Assembly (NCBI GenBank): GCA_037379345.1 | Contig: CM074521.1 | Coordinates: 27,118,704 to 27,182,703 of the forward strand | Direction: 5' to 3' | DNA length: 64,000 bases | Source: Perna viridis | Taxonomy: Eukaryota | Shown here: piece by piece, positions 45,201 through 57,200 of the stretch | How the letters are laid out: each line of letters begins with the position of its first letter | How positions within the stretch are numbered: the first letter of the stretch is position 1 | Made by a program: the position numbers and the translations under genes | The notes under the pieces: model-generated | What the model saw: only the letters and a program-made list of their open reading frames with translations | Told to the model about the DNA's origin: nothing | The model's database searches: none

Positions 45201-48200
45201 ATACATAACCATTTGCTAAAATTTGTGAACCCTTCATGAGACTGATACAAAATTAGAAATTTAGCACAGAAGGTTATAACTATTTTATAACTTGCATCTT
45301 TAATATATATTGAGTTTCAGTTTCTTAGTTTTTAACAAGATTTTTTTTAAGAAAAAACATATATTAGTTAGGGAATGTGTGGTGGGCAGCTGCCAAATAT
45401 TGTCCATGCAATAACAGTGAAGTTTTAGGCAGGTTCTTTGGATATATTGTTTTATGAACAAAATGGAAGTCAAGTACTATTTTTACAAATATTGTTATCG
45501 TTGTTTCTGACTGACTGTTTTTCAAGTTTTAAATGCCCTATTAGATATAATATACTTTTGTGTTATAGGTCCAAAGACTCCACAATATGATAATACTACA
45601 ACAACAACACCAGCACCTGTCTCCAATGTTACAGGTCACAGTGTTCCTGACAACTATACACGTTTCAGTAAGTAGCCCCTACACTACAGCCGCAATAAAC
45701 TGTGCCATTCTTTTTGTCTTTTTCACAGTTTATAGTGTGGAGACAAATATCACCTCCAGTGTTAGGCAAATTCTGGCATTACTTCATTAGTTTACATCAC
45801 TGTCCATATAATATTTTATATTATCAATAATATTACTGATGTGGGCAACCCCTTGATAAATAAAATGTCGAAATGCTTGATGAATTATCTTAATATGAAA
45901 TATTTTTTAAGTAGCACCCCACCTGAGAATCATGCAAAATATAATTCATGGTTGGAAAGCCTACATATTATTTTTGATATTTTGTTTGACATGCCATAGT
46001 AAACAGAAATTGATATATGGTTTTTCATGTAACTTGTGCTCTTAGAAGATAAAAATTATATAGAATGTACTGTAGAATTCGTAATTAAGGAAGATAACTC
46101 TGTAAAAGACACTAAAATACAATAGAAACTGTTGGGTTTTCAATGTGGATTATCTCTTAAGAGCAGACAGATTGGAATAAATGATTATATATTTTATCAT
46201 ATAGACCTATAAAGCAACATAATAATAAAAATAAAAATATGTAGCCTTTTTTGGGGTGTATCACATCATACAGAATTTGTCTGTTTAAAGAACATAGTAC
46301 TAAATGTTATAGTCCTGCATTTTTGAAGATAAATGTATTTAGTTTCAATTTGGATATTATTGTGATGTTGACATCATTACGTAAAATGCAACACTGCAAA
46401 AATCACCACAATCAGTTAAACTCACATTCTTGAATTTTTCAATAGAGAATGCATTTATATTTTTTTCACAATAGTTCAAAAATTGAAATCAAACTTTGGT
46501 GAAAATGACAAATTTGCAATTATTAATAATTAAAAATTAACAAATCTAATTAATAAGGCCTATAATCAGGTTTATTTCAAAACTCAGCCCCATTTCCATC
46601 ATGTTGAGGGGAAAATACAAATTCATGCCAACTTGTTAGTATTAAGACATTTTAGCTTAGCACTATGATTGCTATGAATTATGATAAGATATGAAGTAGT
46701 TAAATAAAATTTTAAAACTTTGAAAGTAAGAAAATCAACAGCTTAAGAATAAAATTCTATTTTATGTTTGTATCTTCTTGGTTTTAATTTTATCAGACTT
46801 GCAAAGTGACATTTTCAAGTTTTTATCTCTGTTTTAATTTCAGCCCATAATCCTACACGTAAGTAACTGTTTACCATTAATGTAAATTTAGGCTTTGCTT
46901 GTAAGAAACAAAGCTTTATTGTTTTATACTTGTGCTAAAATAATAACTTAATTGACGGAGCACCACCATTTGTTATGGTTGACCAGATGGAATATGCACA
47001 ACTTCCTAGGACTCCTGTTCCGTGCCTGTGTGTTTAAAGTTCAAATAGTCACGTCTGAAATATGTTCCTTTTCATTTATAGGACATTCCTGATGTTCCAT
47101 TCATAGTAAGCACACTAACATTTTAATATTTTTAAGTAAAACAAATTAAATTCTTAAGGAGGTAGACCTATGTAAGGGACACAACTCTTTGGTGCAATTG
47201 AATATGATACAAACATATCACTGATTTCAAGAGTTATGTCCCTTACCCTATGTCTATGTCCTTAAATCAAACTGTATATTGGTGATGAAAATCAAACTAC
47301 CTTACATGTACTCTATCTGGTTCAATTTTTATCTTATATAGCGTGTGTTGCTGGTTGGTCACCATATATCAATGAGAACCATCCAGATGCCCACAACCTA
47401 GGTGACAGGGAGAAGACAATTAGACAGTATAAAATGTCAAACCACTCGTTCTGTCGTCATGGAAAAGTCACCAAAGCTGAATGCTGGGATGTTGAAATTG
47501 ATGCACCCCACTACTCATCAGGAGCTCAAATGACATGTACACCTGAGAACGGACTTGTCTGTAACAACGCTGACAACTTCCCCATACAATGTGACGACTA
47601 TAAGATAAGATTCTATTGTGAATGTGGTAAGAAGACTTAACATATTAATGTGTGTATTCAGTAATAATTGCGTGCATCTTTTTTTGCAATTTTCATTGTT
47701 ATTTAACTACTTTCAAGAGAATCCTTTGGGTATAAAGTGATTTGTTAGCCACACTGAAATGAAGAAATCCCCAGTTATGTATTCACACTTTTATGTGCTC
47801 CATACAATTTATGTTAAGTAAACAGATAAGAAGTTTTAAGAGATTTTGGCCCTTACATGAGAAAATAATATGCAGAAATGAATCCAGAAATTTTCAGGGA
47901 GTCCAACCAACCATGTCATAAAAATGGGGATAATAGGTCGAGACTATCATATTTGCTTATTTTTTGTCTAAATTATGCAAAATTTAACATAATTGTCAAA
48001 CAAAACATCCCCATACCCCCATTCATATCTGCCAACTTATACAACTTTATCGTGTTTTCACCAACTATTCCTTAACCATTCAATGCATTTAGATAAAACT
48101 TAATATAAAATGTTGAATCTCATAAATGAATGTGCATAGAGGAAGGTTATTTGAAGAAATTTTCAAAGGGAGATAATCCAAAATTATTCTTTTCGTGAGA

Positions 48201-51200
48201 AGGAGAAGATTTCTTTCACTGATCAGTCATGGTTCTAAGTCAATAGGTTTTACAGAAAGGGCTGACAGACTTTAATCTTAACTTTATTTGAATTCATTTA
48301 TATTGTAGAATCCTCAACAAAAGTTACAATAAAACCAACCCAGGGTACGGTAGAGAAAACTGCTACTGTGACTACAGCAGGTGAGATCAGTACACTTCTT
48401 CTATCTATAGATCAATACATTCTAGATGCTTGAACTGTATTTATATCATTGTTTTGGATGGAAAGAGGAAGCTTCAGATGTTTGGGATGGGGAGAGGGGT
48501 TTCAGATGTTTGGGATGGAGAGAAAGCTTCAGATGTTTAGGATGGGGAGAGGGAGCTTCAGGTGTTTGGGATGGGGAGAGATGGGAGATAGTTTTGCTGC
48601 TGTCTCTATTTACTGTGGGTACTCACATAAAAACTAAGTATTTTTAGCCAAAACTGTGGTTCTCTTTATGGGAATGATCAGAAATTTGATATGATTCTTC
48701 TGACAGCACCATGATTTGTTTAAGGGGAAAAGCTTTGTTCCTGTCAGGCTTTGGATTCTTACTTTTTTTTTTTTTTAATTTCTAGAGATTTTTGGGACAT
48801 TCCTGTCTTACGCACTCAATTCTTATTAAAACTTGAGTTCTCAAAAGATTTTGAGGATTTTAAAAATAAGATTGATAGCAATATCCAAATGTTAAATTTT
48901 TAAGTTTTATAATTTGCATATTTACGTATAATAGAGAAAAAATATTCTGTTTACCAGTACATGTAATTAACTATCCTTTAACAATTATTTTGTGATTTAA
49001 TTTGGGATATAATGTCTTTTCTGATTGGTTGACTATTTTCATTTATCATCTCTTAGACTAAACTTAACCATGTGATTGTGATGTCATATATAGTTGTTTG
49101 GTTATTTACTTGTTAATACTTGAATTAAAAGTTAAATTATAAGGAATCATAGTAAAATATTTCACAGTTACAAAAGTTATCACACAGAAATGATATACCA
49201 CCACTCAAGAAGTCAAGGTTGTACTACAATTACCTAGGCTGTTCATCAATTCAAATATTCTTACAATAATTCAGCTCCCCATACAAGAACTACAGCCAGT
49301 CCAGGAACACATGTCTCTGGCCACACAACTGAGGCACCAGGTACAAAGATAACAAGAGGACCTTCGCCTGGATCTTTTGCAGCTCATACAACTAAAGCAC
49401 CAAGTAAGTGCTATAGATTTAGTCATTTTCTTTTTAAACCTTTTTTAAAATTTTCAAATTTGCAATCTCAAATACAGTCGACTCCACTTAATCGCATATC
49501 ACTTTATTGCATATTTCGGTTATTAGCATAATTTTCTCCTGCACAAAACCATTTCCTATTATTCTATTAGGGAAAAAATCGCTTATTTGCATAGGCCTTG
49601 GAGGTGCATTTTGGTTTATTGCATAGAGAATTTTGCCTCGTCCAGGTAAAGACAGGTTTTCCCAAATTCTATTTTAAGCCTTCGGGTCATAAATATGTCA
49701 ATCATATTTATTGTTGTAAAAACTAGACATCAGTGAGGAGGTGTTAATAATGGATTAAAAAAATCATGGACATAAAAGACAATGTAAATGATTTCTAATT
49801 ACATTAAAATAAACAAGCACCTAGGTGAACAATGACTTCTGACGACATGCCGAACATCACCTTATGATGCGGCTTGAGGTTCGGCTTGGGGTATTTTTTG
49901 TCCCTATTTATATTCTTCCGACTACAAATGATTATCAATGTAAATTTAATTTTCTTTAATGAGCTGAACAGTTTTGAGTGAGCTTGGGTTACTAGGCATA
50001 AATATTATACGAAAATTAAAAGTCATTCATTCAGTACAATGTCTAATGAAATTCAACTACCTTAAGGTGCCCCATACTATCCACACTTCATAGGAATATA
50101 TCGAGGTCAATGACGCGTATAATACACAACTATCAGTGTACAATGAACAGAGGAATAAAAACACACAGACCATTTCAAAAGCCCACAAACTGCAAACATT
50201 GATGAATATTACACTGAATCCTGGCTGAAATATGAAATATGGGATTTGCTTTTGTAGAAAAGTCAGGAAATTACTTGACTATTTATAGATGAGAAACACG
50301 TGGTTTTACTTATAAATACACACAACGTAAAGAAGGTCAATAAACAAGACAAACACAATATATATTATTATTTATTGATAAAAGAACAATACAATGAGAA
50401 GGTCTATAACAATTAAATACCAGATCAGAAATGTTGAACAGTGATATCCCTGGTTGATCCACAGTATCGTCGTCTTACCTGAACTCACACTTCCGGTAAA
50501 ATCGTAATTTCGGTTATAAGAATAGCCCGGTTATTTGCATAATTTTTACTGGCAAATGGGCTATGCAATTAAGTGGAATCCACTGTACTAATACATGTAA
50601 TATGTATACACTGAATGTTTTTCTCCATTTGAAGGGAAACGTTTGGTCTGTTTTACACCATACTGAGTATTGCCAATAATACCTTTATTCTACCATAGCT
50701 CAGCAACCCTTTCAAAACTCTTTTTTTAATTTCAACAGAATGCGTCCAAGAATGGTCACCTTACATAAATGAGAACCATCCAGATGGTCATAATCTTGGA
50801 GATAAGGAGATAAATGCTGTAGAATACAAAATACGAAACCCCTCTTTCTGTCCTTATGGTATTATTACCAAAGCTGAATGCTGGGATATTGAAATTGATG
50901 CCCCACACTACTCATCAGGAGCTCAAATGGCATGCTCAGCAGAAAGAGGACTAATCTGTAACAATGCAGACAACTTCCCTATACAGTGTGATGACTACAA
51001 GATCAGATTCTTTTGCAGATGTGGTATGTACTCATTATGATTTGTCTGTCAGTCTGTTTGTCTTTCCATATTTCTTATAAGCTTAACTCCTTTCAAACTG
51101 CTGAAAAAAATTTATGAAATTTTATATGAAGGTTGGGCATAACCCCACAAAGGCAACTTCTCCTTAACCACTCATGGGATTTTAATGAGATTTATTGGTA

Positions 51201-54200
51201 AGATTTTGCATGAAGGGATATAATTACTTTGGAGGACTCCAAAGAAAGACAATTGAAGGTTGTTACATTTTACATTTAACTCCTTTTGAACTGGCACATT
51301 CCCTTTGCGAGTTTGTATTATATCAGATAAACAAAATGGCGATCCTATGACTTTAGATATGACATTCTGAGTTAGATAACATTCATATATGTTTTACAGC
51401 CCCAACAGGATTTACTATGAGTCCAACACCAGGAACAGGTACAAGACCAACAACAACTCTAGGTATGTAATATGTGTAATATGTATTACCATACTGATGA
51501 TTGGGGGTTTTATGTTCTGGACTATCCTAGTGACCTCAAACACCCCACTTTTAGAGGATTATGTTTCCAGTAATGATATAAAACCAACAATTGTATGTTG
51601 CAGAACCCAGTCTTTAAGGATACTCGACCTTAAATTTTATCAGAGTATGTCCTAGTAGCAGCTGGACTCTGCCCTGCTCCAAGAACTCATGTCTATCTTG
51701 GAGTATTTCCCAACTCTGACTGTATTAGAGGGTGCTTTACTGTTCAGTGGAGAATTGTTACAGTCTGTAACTTAAAGTCAAACACTTATGTGTTCTCCTT
51801 AACACTCTATGGCATATATTAATTTGAGTAATTTAGTGACTACCTTCAATGTAGGTGAAAAACTCCAAAAATGAAGTTGAACTATAATTTAGCGAATAGA
51901 TTATGACTATGAAAAGAACTGTACCAATCAGTCTCTTTTTCTTAACAGTGACATTAAAGGAGGGTTAAAATATAATTAAAATCTGTCCATTAAATTCTCT
52001 TCTTAATTTAATTCTTATATGACAGTGGAACTTAACAACAATTACCAATCAGAAGTATAAATCATTGAGACTGGTCAGTTGATTTTGTAGGAATTTTTGA
52101 TCATATGTCCTTGACTATTTAGCAATCTTGTTTCATTTTGAATTTTCATATGGAGGAATAAGAGCACATTCTGTCAGTAGGAACTAGGTTTCAGTTTTAT
52201 CTAATCACATGTATTTTACTCTTTTTAGCACCTAATACTAGGACAACAGCAAGTCCAACACCAGGAACCCAGTCAGTTGCTTCAACACCAGGTAATTATA
52301 TATTACTGTTCTCAAGAAACATTATGGTGATTCCCAATTTCCTTTTAGAATATGAAAGTATGTCAGATAAGTGTTCTTTGTACAATTTTTTGAAATATTC
52401 TATACACCAGTTTTTAATAGTTTGCAAAAAGTTTAAATTCCCAATGAAATCTATATCAATGTTGCCTAGATTAAGGATAAATAATCTCTATATTAATGTT
52501 GCCTAGATTAAGGATAAATAATCTCTATATCAATGTTGCCTAGATTAAGGATAAATAATCTCTATATCAATGTTGCCTAGATTAAGGATAAATAATCTCA
52601 ATATTAAGTTTGGTGACCTATATGCTTTTATATTAAAATTTTAAAGTATGACATCATTTAAGGTCATGCATCTTTGAGGAAAGTAAGGAAAAGCTTTAAA
52701 AAATATTAGGTATCATTTACATTAACTTACCAATATGATTTTAGCTCCATGTGATTTGTCCAAATGCCAGCCATTGGTCAAACCTCTTCTGAAAGAAGGT
52801 GAAGAATTGATGGTTGTCAAGACAACTGATGGCTGCTGTAATAAATACACTGTCATTTGTAAACCTGAGAAATGTATAACACAACCACCAACTTGTACAT
52901 CACCTAAGGTCATCCAGCAGACAAACACTGGTGAATGTTGCCCACAATATAAGTGTGGTAAGTATATACATTTGTGTTTCAGTATGTCGATCTGTTGTTC
53001 TAGACCAGCAGGTATTCCTCAGATCTTCAAGTTCAAGTAGTCTTAGTGGTCAAAATTTGAGTTAATGAAGGATTCAATGAACATTTCAATTTATATAATC
53101 AGATCTTATTTAAAATTTTTCAGACAGTTTATGAATTAGATGTTGCTTCATTTTCATGAAACTAAGAATACATATTAATCTTTGTAGAGTAAAAGCTGAT
53201 TCAGCATAATTTCGCTTTTAGTTTGTACATCAAAAAGTATATTATTTATTCTTTTTTTTTTCAGAGTGCCCAATACCTTGCCCCACAATGGCAACACCTG
53301 TCTGTAAGCCTGTAAGTATTAAAGATGTAAATTGGCTAAAGAGCTCCTGAGAGCTCATGCTACTTTGTTTATTTATGTATAGTATAACAATAATAGGAAA
53401 ATCTAACTATACCCCTGTGGAGGGCTGTACTGTTTAACCAGGGTTCGTCATTCTGTTATTCCATCACTATTTATAAGTTTGTCACAATAATGAAAAATCA
53501 ATTATTCAATCAAAATGAACAAATACAGTATCAGCCATTATTATTGATATTTCCTGGACATTTCAGGACTCTCACTACACAGTTATAGAAACAGAATGTA
53601 ACTGCCAGGCATATGCTTGTGGTAAGTAACAACCAATTTTATATTATGGGAAAAAAACAGATGGAGAAACGCCACAAATGCACCATCATATACTTTTAAT
53701 TATAATAGTAAATACTTACATAGATGTATTTTTAGTTCTCCTAGTGGTCTTTACGTCCAACCCAATTCATTGAGTTTGAAATATAGTACTAGTTTTTCAC
53801 AGGATTTAATTTGAATATATATCTGATTTGGTTGTAAATTAAATTAAATTTATTCACTGTTTCATATTCTAAGAGATCTTCTATATAAATAACAGTTAGT
53901 GTTTTATTGAGACAACTTATTCAATAGAGTACCTTTTGACTAAGGGCTATTTCAGTAAATATCCATGGATGGGGTGGAACATTAATTAAATATTTCAATT
54001 TTGGTTGAGGATATTTTTGATATTTTACCAAATTTAATACATTGCAGAAAAAATGAACACTAAATCACTGCCATTTAGAGATTTATTAGAAATTGAACAC
54101 ATTTTTTTAAATCATTTCAGTGAGGAACATAATTAATGGTACTGTACCACCACCCATTATCATCAACCAAGTCTGTAAATACAACAAGAATGGACAGGAA

Positions 54201-57200
54201 ATGGTGAAACAGGTACGTCTGTATGTCTGTCAATATTCATGTTTCTCCTGAAGGGAGAACATGATTACCGGTATACTGTCACCACTGATGTTCAGTGGTT
54301 CTATTTCCAACTATTGTTTAATGGATATTAATGAAACTTTAAAGGGAAGATAGGGATCATATTGTGATGTGTAGGGATATTTTCAAAGGAAGATAATCCA
54401 TTTTGAGATTATTGGGGTATCACTGATAGCTGTCATAACCTTCCTTTCAGGTATCACATAAACAGATTTTACAAGAGTTGTGGTATTCTGTGCCTTGCTT
54501 TTAACCAGCAATAGTGAATATAGCATTTTTGGGGGATTTTAAAGTTTCCTGTATATGTAATTTCATTACATACAAATTATTAGTCCAGATAACCATGACA
54601 TTCACAATATGAAGTCAATCAAGTAAAATAAAGCCTCTAAAGACAGCATAATTATGTACACCAACAACTTATTTGTAATCACTTAGATAACTCTATCCTT
54701 TGTATCATGTAATATAGCCTGGTGACATCTGGCAGGATGGACCATGTAAAGCTTGCCAGTGCTTGAAGGGTACAGATGGAAATGCAGTTACTTCATGCCA
54801 GACACAGACTTGTCCATCATGTAAATTGGTAGGTGCTTGTATACAAGAATGAAAAAAAGGAATGCAATTTTATTAAACTAAGTAGATTGGTAGATTTACT
54901 GAAAGAAAAAGGGGATACAAGCAATATTAAACATTATAGACAAAGAGGTCTATTTTATACTGTAAAACCTGAGGAAGACCTAGGGGAAGGGACATAACCT
55001 TGAAATCAATGATATGTTAGTATCATATTCAACTTCACCATAGCCTTTCAAGCTTTCCTTTGAAACAGAATGAAATCAGCCCAAGTTACTTTGATGCATA
55101 CATGATATTGATATAAAATGGTTAATACAAATGTTCCAATGATTTTTAAGAGTTATGTACCTTACCCTAGGTCTACCTCCATTAACTTAACCCTTTTGGA
55201 CTGGAATGCATTTAGTTTAGATAATTATATGGTTATTCCAGGTTCAAAACTGATATAAAGGGACTTTTGAAAGTTTTTGGTTTTAACACGATTTTAATTT
55301 ATTCAGGGTCTGATTAAGGCTTTACTGAAATTTAAGGGACTTGTATACCACAAAGGAAACATAGAATGTGGAATACAAGGAACATCAAGTTGATTTGTAT
55401 AAATATTTAATGATACGAGATATTTTTTCTGAGATTATGCCAAAGTTTTTGTTTAGTGAATCCGATTTGTTTTGGAATATGCATTAAAAAATAAAACTGA
55501 GAAATTTATATGAATGAATGACCACATACTTTTTAATATTGGATTTTTGCACTGGGGTACATGTACAGGGTTTTATACTTTAACAGAGTTGCCATAAAAT
55601 AGCAATATTAAGACATGTATATCATTAAATTTGTAATATTTTTAGGGAGAAGTACTCCAAGATTTACCAGGAGAATGCTGTGGTAGATGTATGCCAAGTG
55701 GATGTGTTGTCAATGCAACTGTTTACAAGGTTTGTGCTTTGCCCTGTTTTATTTTTTGTGTTGTTTTTCTTTCTCCAATAAGTATAGAATGAATTTAAAT
55801 TTAATAGGAAATAATAATTACCAAGATTGTATTTTTTTCTCTAACTAGCTCTTATTTTTTGCAGTTTCCAATAATGAAATGTTTCATTTTATGGACTTGA
55901 CATTGGTAGATTTGTAATTTATTCTATAATATGGTGCAATCATTGCCTTTATGCTCTACTGGAAATTGAACAGTATTAAAGGAGTACAGAGAGAGGGATA
56001 GTTGATGTGGCTCTGACTAATGCTTCAAAATTTCTGATTTTGTTTAGCATAGATAGACTATTTTACATAATCAATTTTTCAAGATATTCTAACATATATT
56101 TATGTGTCCTAGATTTTAACTTACTTGGAAGTAAAAGTAAGGAAACCACAGATAAGAATGAGGAACAGGGTATCCATAATCACTACCCTACTCAAATATT
56201 TTACCATGTTTTATAAGAATGTTCCTAACTCTATTATAGGAAGGACAATCTATTCCAAGCAGTAAGAAGTGTTACTCTAGATCCTGTGGTTACATGTCAG
56301 AATCTCAAACATACTATATAATGGAGACCAGTACTATATGTATGCCTGACTTCAAACTGCCAACCTGTCCAGGCGTAAGTTTATGTTTTAAACATTTTTA
56401 GATAGGGACAAAATAGCCACATTCTAAAAAGTCAAGATGTTCATAGTTGACATCATTCTGATAATCACTGACATCACATTTTACATATTAATGTTGTCAG
56501 TGTACCTTGCTGATAATCGTTGACATGGCAGTGGATTTTACATATTAATGTTTGTCAATGTGCATTGCTTGTTTTGTATTATTAAAGACACATTTAGATT
56601 TAAAAAAAAAATTTTTAATTATACATGTAAACCTTTGACAGTCTCTCTGAGGGAGATCTGCTGCAGTCCACTTGATCAGAGGGATAACTACACAGGCAAA
56701 ATAATGTCATGTGATTCTCACCTGAATTGAACAAATAAAATTAATGAGTGTTCATGTGAAATTCATATGAACTTTTCACACTAAGTTCATATTATGAGCA
56801 TTTCATATGAAAATCTTATTAATGTCATGTGGGTTTGATGTGAATTTCATGTAAAGCTCAATATTTGCCAGAATTCAGGTGTTTTTTTTATAGGTTTCCC
56901 TCAATTAAAAAAAGGTAGACATAGCTTTGTACAAAATGTGTTTTGTGATTTTATTATTACGACCCCCCCACTTATTTACCTCCCCCCTCTTATTAGTACA
57001 GGGTTGCACTGCAACCACCTTGTCTGTCAATCAGTCTGTAACATATTTCTCAACTTCTGTTGGAGGGAATGCTTAGATAGTTGGTATATTCTTTTAAATG
57101 CAAAAAATTGAAAGAAATGGTTGACTGGGGTAGTCTTGGCACAATGTTGTGTGAAACATTTTGCTAGAACTTGTTTTAACCTTAATGCATTGTTATTTTA

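Noticed and set aside
45730-45765. Extra small exon after ttcacag (YSVETNITS)
   Set aside because: No convincing phase-compatible donor
48426-48647. ORFs with repeated FRCLGW motifs
   Set aside because: Translation of an intronic minisatellite with no supporting splice sites
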